Assembly: GCA_042850255.1 (NCBI GenBank)
Contig: AP031373.1
Coordinates: 741,327-773,326, forward strand
Direction of reading: 5' to 3'
DNA length: 32,000 bases
Source: Nanobdellota archaeon
Lineage (GTDB): Archaea; Nanobdellota; Nanobdellia; Nanobdellales; Nanobdellaceae
Within the stretch, counting starts at the first letter, position 1. Every line of letters begins with the position of its first letter. Shown piece by piece: positions 9,382 through 18,345 of this stretch. The translations under genes and the position numbers were made by a program. Under the pieces are notes generated by a model that was not told the origin of the DNA, ran no database searches, and saw nothing but the letters and a program-made list of their open reading frames with translations.

Positions 9382-9410
9382 CTATATTTATTATACTTTA
9401 TATTTTTAAA

Positions 9411-9932
9411 TTATTTAGTATATTTATTTATTTCTTTTTCTTTATTTTTCAAATTTTCTTTATATCTATCTAAAAACTCATATACATGTTCGTGTTTTTC
9501 TCCATTAATCAATCTCCTTATTCCTTCATATGCTGCTCTAATGGATATATCGTCTCCCAATAAATATATATACCTATCTTTTATTATTATATTTGAATTC
9601 GTTCTATCAGATAATTCTTTTAATGCTTTTCCTTTTTCTCCTATAATTCTTCCTTTAATCCTAATTACATGATTAATTTTCTTTTCAAATATTTGTTTTA
9701 AATCTATTTCTAATAGATCCCAATCGCTATACAATATATTTTTAGATAAATCTATATCAAATCCTACCTTTAAACATTTTATAAATTTATCAAATTTATA
9801 TAAGAAATAATAATCATCTGAATATATTGTTATTTTATTTTCCTTTTTATTATATTTTATTCCTTTTTCTTCCAAGAAATTTTTTAACTTATTATAATCT
9901 ATTCCTTCCAGATCTGTTTCATAACTATACAT
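9411..9932 (-). CDS. KH-domain RNA-binding protein (archaeal Dim2/Pno1-like)
   Basis: RIKGRIIGEKGKALKELSDRTNSNIIIKDRYIYLLGD...AYEGIRRLINGEKHEHVYEFL matches the second KH domain and C-terminal helix of aDim2. Confidence 0.7.
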   Translation of the reverse strand: MYSYETDLEGIDYNKLKNFLEEKGIKYNKKENKITIYSDDYYFLYKFDKFIKCLKVGFDIDLSKNILYSDWDLLEIDLKQIFEKKINHVIRIKGRIIGEKGKALKELSDRTNSNIIIKDRYIYLLGDDISIRAAYEGIRRLINGEKHEHVYEFLDRYKENLKNKEKEINKYTK

Positions 9933-9961
9933 AAAAAATATTGTAATAAAAAAATTTTTAA

Positions 9962-10822
9962 TTATACAGTTATTTCCTTTAATACCTCTATATTTAATTT
10001 TTTATCTACCTTATAAAAAGGTCTTGCATTTAAACCTTCTTGTAAAGTTATCCTTTGTGTTTTATAAAATATTCCTACAGGAATTTTTACATCTTCCCTT
10101 AATGTATAATCATATTCAAATGCTCTATTTAATGCTTCATTAAAATTATTATAATCATGTCCTACATCCTCTAATTTATACATATGAGATTCGTAATACT
10201 TTCTAGTATCATGTTGTGCAATACAAGGTTGTATTATATCTACAAATGCAAATCCTTTATGCAATATTGCTTCTTTCATTATATATTTTAAATGATCTAA
10301 CCATAATGCGTATCCTCTTGCAACAAATGTAGCACCAGAGATTAATGCTAAAGCAATAGGATTTAATGGTTTCTCAAATACTTTTAATCCCAATGATTTA
10401 GAATAATAACCAGGTTCTGTAGTAAATGTATGTTGAGCAGTTGTTAATGCAAATACTTGATTATTATGTACAAATAATTTCACATCTGGATTTTCCTTAC
10501 ATGCAGATACTAAATGCTCTACTCCTTCATTATATGTATCTCCATCTCCTTGAAAAGTTACTACAGTTAATTCTGGATTTGCTAATTTTATTCCAACTGC
10601 AACTGCCAATGCTCTCCCATGTAATGTACTAAATGAACTTAGGTTTATATAATTATGCATTTTTCCTGCACATCCTATACCAGAAGCGAATACTAATTTT
10701 TTTCTATCAATTTTTCCTTCAGCTTCTAATTCTTTTACTACATTCATAAATACAGTATATATACCGAAGTTTGTACATCCAGGGCACCAAGTTATAGGAT
10801 ATCCAGTTCTTAAATCTTCCAT
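9962..10822 (-). CDS. 2-oxoacid:ferredoxin oxidoreductase beta (TPP-binding) subunit
   Basis: TWCPGCTNFGI, SGIGCAGK, LHGRALAVAVG, FQGDGDTYNEG (TPP GDG motif), VHNNQVFALTTAQ, GATFVARG. Confidence 0.85.
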   Translation of the reverse strand: MEDLRTGYPITWCPGCTNFGIYTVFMNVVKELEAEGKIDRKKLVFASGIGCAGKMHNYINLSSFSTLHGRALAVAVGIKLANPELTVVTFQGDGDTYNEGVEHLVSACKENPDVKLFVHNNQVFALTTAQHTFTTEPGYYSKSLGLKVFEKPLNPIALALISGATFVARGYALWLDHLKYIMKEAILHKGFAFVDIIQPCIAQHDTRKYYESHMYKLEDVGHDYNNFNEALNRAFEYDYTLREDVKIPVGIFYKTQRITLQEGLNARPFYKVDKKLNIEVLKEITV

Positions 10823-10879
10823 GAATATATAAAAATTTTCAAAAAATAAAAAAATAAATTTTAATTAAAAAGTGGTAAA

Positions 10880-12301
10880 TTATTTAGTTATCCTAATTAC
10901 TAATCCATTAGAATATTTACTTCTATCCCAGAACAAATATTTGTATTTTATATTAGATCTTGAAATTTCTATATTTTTATAATCTTTCAAATCTTTTATT
11001 TCTGCAGTATAAGATAATACTATTTCTTCATTTCTTCTTATATTATCAAATTTCCAGTTTATTATATAGTTATTTTCGGACTTGTATACAGAAGATGGTT
11101 CAGCAATCTTATATTCTTTTATCTTTAATGGTTTATTTATATATTCTGTCAATGTAACATTATTTAAAGAGAATAAACTTTTATTTTTTATAGTAATTTC
11201 TATATCAACTGTTTCATTTTTCATATCAATTCTAGAAACTTCCTTTGTAATTATTACATTATCTTTAAACAATATGTAAAGTATTGCCAATACTATTATT
11301 ATTGCTACTACTATTATTCCAATCAGATAATAATAATTAAATGATTCATATATTATAATTTCCTGATCTGGTAATAATAACAATCTATAAACCCCATATT
11401 CAGAACCATTTACTGTTATAATATAACTTGGATTTGGTGAAAATTGAGAAAATATACCAAAATAGTTCTTCAAATAATAGGTATAATTTATTGGATAACT
11501 ATATGGATTTTTTATTATTATTTTATATAAATAATTCTCTTTATATACAGTTATATTAGGTATTGTAGGCAATTGTGTAACAGAAAATGCTACAGTATAA
11601 GTTTGGTTATTGGCTAATATATAAATATAATGTTCTCCTATAGAAACATTTTTCTGTACATATATTGGTATTTGATATATATTTACTCCAGGTTGCGCCA
11701 ATTCTTTATAATTTTCAGAAACACCAAAATCTGTAGATATATTAACAAATACATTTTCAGTAATATTGTTTGGATTATTAACAATTTCTATTAAATATAG
11801 ATAACTATTTTGTGTAACTACAGTAGCAGATATTTGGAAAGATATAGATATAGGTAAAATTTGAGTATGAGTTATATTTAAATATTCAGATTGTACATAA
11901 TATACTACAGGAGTAAACTGTAATATATATGAATAATATTGACTGGTGATATTTTCATTTTCCAAATATACTACTACCTGAGGTATTTGATTTTCCAATC
12001 CATAAGGTCTTAGATATATAGTAACATTAACTAAATTTCCAGGATATAGATATCCACTTATTTCTTTATCATTTTCCCCAAAAATAAAGTTCCATTGAGA
12101 TGATAAAGGAGAAAAAGTATAATAATAAGTATAATTTGTTGGATTATATAATTCTACAACATATTGAGCATAGCTGGATGGATTGGATATATTTATTTGA
12201 TTATTTATTATTTGAGGATATCCCACTATTGGTTGTTCTCCGTGTATTTTCAATAAAAATATAAATAAAAGTAATAATGGTAATATCTTCTTCCACGCCA
12301 T
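10880..12301 (-). CDS. secreted, membrane-anchored, sequon-rich surface protein
   Basis: Sec-type signal peptide MAWKKILPLLLLFIFLLKIHG. I count 12 N-x-S/T sequons before a single TM helix (YYYLIGIIVVAIIIVLAILYILF). A C-terminal beta-sandwich-like module of about 125 aa follows (NVTLTEYINKPLKIKEY...IVLSYTAEIKD, DUF11/CARDB-like). Confidence 0.6.
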   Translation of the reverse strand: MAWKKILPLLLLFIFLLKIHGEQPIVGYPQIINNQINISNPSSYAQYVVELYNPTNYTYYYTFSPLSSQWNFIFGENDKEISGYLYPGNLVNVTIYLRPYGLENQIPQVVVYLENENITSQYYSYILQFTPVVYYVQSEYLNITHTQILPISISFQISATVVTQNSYLYLIEIVNNPNNITENVFVNISTDFGVSENYKELAQPGVNIYQIPIYVQKNVSIGEHYIYILANNQTYTVAFSVTQLPTIPNITVYKENYLYKIIIKNPYSYPINYTYYLKNYFGIFSQFSPNPSYIITVNGSEYGVYRLLLLPDQEIIIYESFNYYYLIGIIVVAIIIVLAILYILFKDNVIITKEVSRIDMKNETVDIEITIKNKSLFSLNNVTLTEYINKPLKIKEYKIAEPSSVYKSENNYIINWKFDNIRRNEEIVLSYTAEIKDLKDYKNIEISRSNIKYKYLFWDRSKYSNGLVIRITK

Positions 12302-12332
12302 TAATATAATATAAAGTATTAAAAATATAAAG

Positions 12333-13130
12333 TTAGAGTATAAAGGTTAGAAGGGAGAATATTATAGCAATTGCCCCCAAGAAGTAATTTACTATATAAA
12401 CCTTTTCTTTCTTAGCAAACTTTATTAAGAAATCTATTGTTAAAATACCAATTACAAATGAAACTATTATAGAGATTATTAAACCTGAAATCGATAAATT
12501 TGATATAACATTACTTATTGAATTTCTAGAAAATAATAAAGTTAAGAAAAAAGCTCCAAGGGCTGCAGGAATATATAATATATAAGAAAATGAAAAAGCA
12601 TCTTTTGGATCATAATTTAATAATAACATACTGGAAACGGTCATACCAGATCTACTAACCCCAGGCAAAGCAGCAATACCCTGTGCAATTCCTACAATTA
12701 TAATATCTTTAAGAGTTAGATCTTTTCTTTCTTTTAAATTTATCTTTTTTCTACTATAACTAATGTATAAACCATCAATTATTAATATAATTCCCAATAT
12801 TAACATTGGTAATCCTAAATTATATGATCCATTCAATAAATGTTTAGATAAAAAATATAAAGGAGCTCCTATTATTCCTGTAAATAATGTAGCAACTATT
12901 ACATAAAGTAACATTTTCCTATCTTTTAATATTTTTATAATATCTTTTCTAAAATATACTATAGCAGAAAATATTGTTCCTATTTCCATAAATAACCCAA
13001 AGGTATATGCTACAGATAGATTTATATGCAATAGAAATATTGAAGCAATCATTATTTGAGTTTTACTACTTATAGGCAACCATTCAGTTATCCCCTGTAT
13101 TATACCTAATACTATAGGATAAATATCCAT
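12333..13130 (-). CDS. uppP: undecaprenyl/polyprenyl-diphosphate phosphatase (BacA/UppP family)
   Basis: GIIQGITEWLPISSKTQ and PGVSRSGMTVS are the two UppP signature motifs. The protein is polytopic. Confidence 0.85.
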   Translation of the reverse strand: MDIYPIVLGIIQGITEWLPISSKTQIMIASIFLLHINLSVAYTFGLFMEIGTIFSAIVYFRKDIIKILKDRKMLLYVIVATLFTGIIGAPLYFLSKHLLNGSYNLGLPMLILGIILIIDGLYISYSRKKINLKERKDLTLKDIIIVGIAQGIAALPGVSRSGMTVSSMLLLNYDPKDAFSFSYILYIPAALGAFFLTLLFSRNSISNVISNLSISGLIISIIVSFVIGILTIDFLIKFAKKEKVYIVNYFLGAIAIIFSLLTFIL

Positions 13131-13181
13131 TTTTATCTTTATTTAAATAATTTTTTAAATATTTCGAAAATCTTCTTAGTA

Positions 13182-13964
13182 ATGAAAGACTATATTTTAC
13201 CTATGTCTTTTTATATAATTTCTTCATTTCTCTTTTATTATATATATTTTTACTATGATAAAATAATGTACTTTTTCTTTTCTCTTATTTTTTTAAATAT
13301 TCAGGAAATAATATTTTATGCTATATTAATAGGCTTTATTTTCTCTTTCCTTCTTGGCACATATTTTTCTAGAAATATAAAAAATAATAAAATATATATA
13401 ATTATAGGGATAATTTATTACATTATAGGTCTTATTTTATCTAGAAATTTTTTTAATCCTCAACTAACATTTTCAGCATTTTTCTTACTAAAATATTTAA
13501 ACAAATCTTATAGTACTATTTTTAATTTATTGTATTTTATTTTAATATTTCTAATAGTAATAATGAATCCATTATTTCTTTTTCCAATAAGAAATTTGAT
13601 TTATCAGAATATACAAAATGTTTTTTCTTCAAATTTACAAAGTATACTAACTGGTTCTGAATATCAATTAGATAACATATATATGGGCGGATATATAGAA
13701 GCTGAAAATATATTATATCAATATAAAGATTTACAAGGAGTTAATATATTATTAGTTAATCAAAATAATGTAAATAGTACTTTTATAAATGAATCAAAAG
13801 AGTTAATACAGTCATATTTAAATTATTATAATTCTACTATATCTAATTATTCAATAAATATTATAGATTCTATGTATCCTGAATTATCTTTTATATTATC
13901 TATAGTGTTTCTAGAGTTATTTATAATATTTATTAATATCAATAAAAAGATAGAAGATTTATAA
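13182..13964 (+). CDS. polytopic membrane protein, unknown function
   Basis: Multiple hydrophobic helices, an Asn-rich hydrophilic loop with sequons (NSTF, NESK, NSTI, NYSI), and a terminal TM helix. No family recognised. Confidence 0.5.
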   Translation: MKDYILPMSFYIISSFLFYYIYFYYDKIMYFFFSLIFLNIQEIIFYAILIGFIFSFLLGTYFSRNIKNNKIYIIIGIIYYIIGLILSRNFFNPQLTFSAFFLLKYLNKSYSTIFNLLYFILIFLIVIMNPLFLFPIRNLIYQNIQNVFSSNLQSILTGSEYQLDNIYMGGYIEAENILYQYKDLQGVNILLVNQNNVNSTFINESKELIQSYLNYYNSTISNYSINIIDSMYPELSFILSIVFLELFIIFININKKIEDL

Positions 13965-13992
13965 AACTTTCTATAATACTTTATATTTTTAT

Positions 13993-14307
13993 ATGAAATT
14001 CTGTCCTAAATGCGGAACATTAATGAAAAAAGAAGGTGATTATTTAGTCTGTCCTAAATGTGGATTTAAAGAGAAATTAAAAGAAAATAATATATCTGTA
14101 TTTAATGAAAAAGTAAATAAATCATCAGAAATTACAGTAATAGAACAAGAATATAGATTATATCCAGTAGATAATGAAGTAGTTTGTCCAAAATGTGGAC
14201 AAAAGGGTGCATATTTTTGGTCTATACAAACAAGAGCTGGAGATGAGGGAGAGACAAAGTTTTATAGATGCATACATTGTGGATATACATGGAGAGTCTA
14301 TGATTAA
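13993..14307 (+). CDS. tfs: transcription factor S (TFS / RpoM-like transcript cleavage factor)
   Basis: Two zinc ribbons (CPKCG...CPKCG and CPKCG...CIHCG) and the acidic hairpin QTRAGDEGET. Confidence 0.9.
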   Translation: MKFCPKCGTLMKKEGDYLVCPKCGFKEKLKENNISVFNEKVNKSSEITVIEQEYRLYPVDNEVVCPKCGQKGAYFWSIQTRAGDEGETKFYRCIHCGYTWRVYD

Positions 14308-14809
14308 AAAAATAAAGAATTTATTTGAATATATATTCTTTGGTAATGATCTTTTAAGTGATTTATTATTTTTTATTTTTGTTATTATAATTTATGGTCT
14401 GATATATATATTTTACCCACCATTATTTTCTGTAATAGTTTCTCCCAGTATGGAACATACAAATTTCTATATTTCAAAATACAAACCTTATAATATAACA
14501 ATAAATGACTTTTATCATTTTCCATATCCAAATGGTTTATATATAGGAGATATGATGATAATATTTCCAATAAATACAGAATATTTAGAGAAAGGAGATG
14601 TAATATTATATAAGGGGATAAGTATATTTAAGGGAGAAGATATATTTCATAGAATAATAGGATATAATGGAACAAATTTTATAATAATGGGAGATAATAA
14701 TCCAGGACCTATATATATAGAAGATGAAGAAGATATGCCTCCAAGTAGGATTATTGGAGTTGGTATATTAAGAATACCATTTTTAGGATACATTAAGCTT
14801 CTTATTTAA
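14300..14809 (+). CDS. signal peptidase I, archaeal Sec11/S26B type
   Basis: I moved the start to ATG 14300 (MIKKIKNLF...), giving an 8-nt overlap with the tfs stop. The track start at 14195 lies inside tfs. A TM helix is followed by catalytic SPSMEHT, FHRII and MGDNNPG blocks. Confidence 0.8.
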   Translation: MIKKIKNLFEYIFFGNDLLSDLLFFIFVIIIYGLIYIFYPPLFSVIVSPSMEHTNFYISKYKPYNITINDFYHFPYPNGLYIGDMMIIFPINTEYLEKGDVILYKGISIFKGEDIFHRIIGYNGTNFIIMGDNNPGPIYIEDEEDMPPSRIIGVGILRIPFLGYIKLLI

Positions 14810-15880
14810 TCTATGATATAAATCTTTTATTTCATAATATGAATCTTTTTTAGAAAAATTTCTATTCATTATTCCAAATTTTGCATTATATCCATATTCC
14901 CATTCATAATTATCAAATAATGTCCAAATAAAGTATCCATTTATATTGTATTTTTTTCTATTATTAATAAAGAAGCTTAAATATTTTTTTATTGTTCTGA
15001 CCCTTAAGAACTCGTCTTCAGTATTTACACCATTTTCTGTTATAAATATAGGTTTATCTAAAACTTCCAATATATTTTTTATTATACTTAGACTAAATAT
15101 TGTATTTCTTGTCCTTACATCATCTATCTTTTTATAAGCACCATAATAATTTATTCCATAAAAATCAGTTTCAATTGGAAATATTAATCTAATATTATTT
15201 ATTATAACATCTTTGTACAAAGAAAAAAATGGTAACTTTATAAAAGATAAGTTTTCTATATATATTAAATAAACATTATTTTCTTTAGTTATTTTATAAA
15301 TCTCCTTATTTGCTTCTACTATATTATTTAAAACATCTAAAGATTTTGCTATATCACCAACAGATTCTGCTTTTTTAAAAGGAGGCCATATTCCCATCAT
15401 ATATGAGGAGATTACATATACCCAAGGTTCATTAAATGAAATAAAATATTTAACCCCAATTTTTGAAAAATTATTAATAATTGTTTCTGCAAAATTAATA
15501 AAATATTCTATATTTTCTTTAAATTCCCATCCACCAATATTAAAAAACCATATAGGATTTACATAATGCCATAAAGTAATAAAAGGTTCTATTCCATTTT
15601 CTATTAACTTTTTAGTAAAAACTGCATATCTTTGTAAATTACTATATTTTATCCTATCTTTTTCTGGATATATTCTAGCCCAATCTATTGAAAATCTAAA
15701 TGCATTAGAATTCAAATCTTTTAATATTGGAATTACTATATCATAATTTTCCCACAATCCATTTGCATTATATATTTCAGGTAATTTTCCATTTTTTATA
15801 AAATAATACCAATCTTGATTATCATAATATCCTTCTGTTTGAAATGCTGATATAGAAAATCCTAGATAGAATTTATCCAT
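14783..15880 (-). CDS. glycoside hydrolase family 1 (beta-glycosidase), compact 365-aa form
   Basis: GFSISAFQTEG, FRFSIDWARIYP, FNEPWVY (acid/base Glu), FITENGV (nucleophile Glu), WTLFDNYEW. Confidence 0.85.
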   Translation of the reverse strand: MDKFYLGFSISAFQTEGYYDNQDWYYFIKNGKLPEIYNANGLWENYDIVIPILKDLNSNAFRFSIDWARIYPEKDRIKYSNLQRYAVFTKKLIENGIEPFITLWHYVNPIWFFNIGGWEFKENIEYFINFAETIINNFSKIGVKYFISFNEPWVYVISSYMMGIWPPFKKAESVGDIAKSLDVLNNIVEANKEIYKITKENNVYLIYIENLSFIKLPFFSLYKDVIINNIRLIFPIETDFYGINYYGAYKKIDDVRTRNTIFSLSIIKNILEVLDKPIFITENGVNTEDEFLRVRTIKKYLSFFINNRKKYNINGYFIWTLFDNYEWEYGYNAKFGIMNRNFSKKDSYYEIKDLYHRLNKKLNVS

Positions 15881-16754
15881 ATAAATTTATTAAATTATTT
15901 AAACCATTATAAATTACATTGTTATTATATCCCCCTTCCAATATATATACAACCTTATTATATTTCTTTAAATAATTAAATACAAAATTATAAGATTCTA
16001 AAGTAATATTAAAAACTGACAATTGATCATCTTTATGCATATCAAATCCTAAAGAAACTAATATTATTTCAGGATTTATATTTTCTATTAAAGGTATTAT
16101 TTTTTCCTTAAATAATTTAATATAATCCAAATCATTTATTCCAAAATTTAATGGAAAGTTAAAATAATTATTTCCAGATTCTAATCCTGTAAATGGATAA
16201 ATATGTTTTGCATGAGTAGATATATAATATATATTTTTCTTATTTTCAATTATTTCCTGTGTTCCGTTTCCATGATGAATATCTATATCTAATATTAATA
16301 TACTTCTATATAATTTTCTTGCATATAATGATCCAATTGCAATATTATTAAATATACAAAATCCTTGGGTTATATTATTTATACCATTTTTCCCTACATG
16401 ATGACCTGGAGGTCTTGTAGGTATAAATATATATTTTTCTTTACTTTCTATACTTTCTAAAACACCTTCAACAGATTTTAATATAGAAAAATATGATAAA
16501 GGAGAAATATAAGTATCTTCATCTAAATAAATTATTTTATTATTTTTATAAGAATATCTCGATATTCTTTTTATTTTTCTTATATATTTCCAAGAATGAG
16601 CTAAATGTATATATCTATATATATCTTTTCTTACTTTTCCAATTTTTTTATATTTATTTTCTATTAATTTTTTAATTACTTTTATTCTTTTATTATTTTC
16701 TATATGATTTTTATTATTATGGTATTCCAAGTATTTTGAATAAAGTACTATCAT
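15873..16754 (-). CDS. histone deacetylase-family (AcuC/HDAC-like) zinc amidohydrolase
   Basis: RPPGHH, DIDIHHGNGTQ, SLGFDMHKDD and LEGGY form the complete HDAC catalytic and zinc-ligand set. Confidence 0.85.
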   Translation of the reverse strand: MIVLYSKYLEYHNNKNHIENNKRIKVIKKLIENKYKKIGKVRKDIYRYIHLAHSWKYIRKIKRISRYSYKNNKIIYLDEDTYISPLSYFSILKSVEGVLESIESKEKYIFIPTRPPGHHVGKNGINNITQGFCIFNNIAIGSLYARKLYRSILILDIDIHHGNGTQEIIENKKNIYYISTHAKHIYPFTGLESGNNYFNFPLNFGINDLDYIKLFKEKIIPLIENINPEIILVSLGFDMHKDDQLSVFNITLESYNFVFNYLKKYNKVVYILEGGYNNNVIYNGLNNLINLYG

Positions 16755-16788
16755 TATAATTTATTTGGTTTAATATTAAAAATTATTT

Positions 16789-18105
16789 ATGAAATATAAT
16801 TGCATATTAATAGGAATAGATGAAATATGGACAAAATCTGAAAATGTTAAAAATAAGTTAATAAATTTACTAATAAATGATATAAAAAGAAGAATAAATT
16901 ATGATAAAATCGAAAATAGGAGGGGGAGAATAATAATATGGGATTATAATGATCAATGGATAAATATTTTAGAAAAAATATTTGGAATAAAGGTTATATA
17001 TCCTGCATTTTATTTTGAAACATCAATGGAAAATATAATAAATTATTCTTTAGAATTCCTTAAAGATTTTAAAGGAACCTTTAAAATTAATACTAAAAGA
17101 ATAGATAAAAGTTTTAAATATAAATCATTAGAAATAAATAAAATTGTTGGAGAAGAAATAGTAAAAAAATATAATTTAAAGGTTGATGTAAAAAATCCAC
17201 AAAAAGAAATATATATAGAAATACATAAAGATTATACATTTATATATGATAAAATAATTCAAGGACCTGGAGGATTTCCATTAGGATCTGAAGGAAAAGG
17301 AATAGTATTATTTTCAGGAGGATCAGATTCTTCTGTAGCAAGTTATATGATGGGGAAAAGAGGAATGAATGTAGATTTTTTATTTATTAATTTAGCTGGA
17401 GAATCTTATTTACAATTTATATTTAATGTATATAAAAGATTAAGAGAATACTTCCCATATTCCAAATTATTTGTTTATGATTTAGATTTAGATAAATTAT
17501 TTAGTGTAAGAGAAGGATATAGACAAATAATGTTTAAAGTTATAATATATAAAATTGCTGAAGAATTTGCAAAAAAATACAATTATGATTGTATAATTAC
17601 TGGAGAATCTTTAGGACAAGTTTCTTCACAAACTATAAGTTCATTAAAAGTTTTAGACAAAATTTCTAATATATTAGTATTAAGACCTTTAATTGGATTC
17701 AATAAAGATGAAATATTGGAATTATCTAAAAAAATAGGAATTTATGATATAAGAGCTCCAGAAATATGCGAAATAGAAAAGCATCCAAAAACAAATCCAA
17801 AATATGAAATTGTATTAGAAGAATTAAAAAAATTAGATATAAATTTTGAAAAAGAAATAGAAAATATAAAAGAAATAGAAAATGTTAATATACAAAATTT
17901 CAATTTAGTTTTACCAGACAAAAAGGATTTAATAATAGTAAGATCTGAAGATTTTTCTAATTATAAATTTGAAAAAGGAAAAAAATATTTGTTAGTATGT
18001 AAAAATGGGATATTATCAAAATATTTTGCAGAATCACTAAGAAAGGAAGGGATAGAGGCATATTATTTAGATGAAAAAACTGCTAAAAGATTAAATTATT
18101 TATAA
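16789..18105 (+). CDS. thiI: tRNA 4-thiouridine synthase ThiI with a C-terminal rhodanese-like domain
   Basis: THUMP-like N-terminus, PP-loop FSGGSDS, GESLGQVSSQT, conserved Cys in APEICEIEKHPKT, and a C-terminal YLLVCKNGILS rhodanese-type active-site loop. Confidence 0.85.
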   Translation: MKYNCILIGIDEIWTKSENVKNKLINLLINDIKRRINYDKIENRRGRIIIWDYNDQWINILEKIFGIKVIYPAFYFETSMENIINYSLEFLKDFKGTFKINTKRIDKSFKYKSLEINKIVGEEIVKKYNLKVDVKNPQKEIYIEIHKDYTFIYDKIIQGPGGFPLGSEGKGIVLFSGGSDSSVASYMMGKRGMNVDFLFINLAGESYLQFIFNVYKRLREYFPYSKLFVYDLDLDKLFSVREGYRQIMFKVIIYKIAEEFAKKYNYDCIITGESLGQVSSQTISSLKVLDKISNILVLRPLIGFNKDEILELSKKIGIYDIRAPEICEIEKHPKTNPKYEIVLEELKKLDINFEKEIENIKEIENVNIQNFNLVLPDKKDLIIVRSEDFSNYKFEKGKKYLLVCKNGILSKYFAESLRKEGIEAYYLDEKTAKRLNYL

Positions 18106-18150
18106 ACAAACTTATACCTATAAAAAATGTAAATATATTAAAAATTAGCA

Positions 18151-18187
18151 TATAACATTAATATTATCTAATAATTATAATGTTATA
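18151..18187. repeat. 37-bp quasi-palindrome / hairpin in the thiI-downstream gap
   Basis: tataacatta-at-attat-cta-ataat-ta-taatgttata. The outer arms are a perfect 10 bp, the inner arms a perfect 5 bp, separated by a symmetric 2-nt mismatch, with a 3-nt centre. Confidence 0.5.
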
Positions 18188-18345
18188 AATTAGAAAATAT
18201 TTCAAAATACTTAGAGAGAGATATGTATAAAAAATAACAAATATAATTATAGAATAAATCTTGACAAAATACAGGATCTTTTATTATTGTAAAAAATAAT
18301 TCATAAAAAAGAGCTATTTATTAACTTTTTTATTAAAGATCTTTT

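Noticed and set aside
14195-14299. N-terminal 35 codons of track ORF 14195-14809, and likewise the first 19 codons of 24511-24963.
   Set aside because: The 14195 start lies inside tfs in another frame. The recognisable signal peptidase begins at the internal Met (14300), which overlaps the tfs stop. The eS6 similarity begins at MATKRK (ATG 24906), and the upstream residues (MIYKNLLVKIKNVFIIKIK) look like translated AT-rich spacer.
18106-18345. Replication origin in the 240-nt AT-rich gap.
   Set aside because: No orc1/cdc6 gene is nearby, and I see no repeated ORB or mini-ORB-like elements with a G-rich half-site. AT-richness alone is uninformative in this genome.
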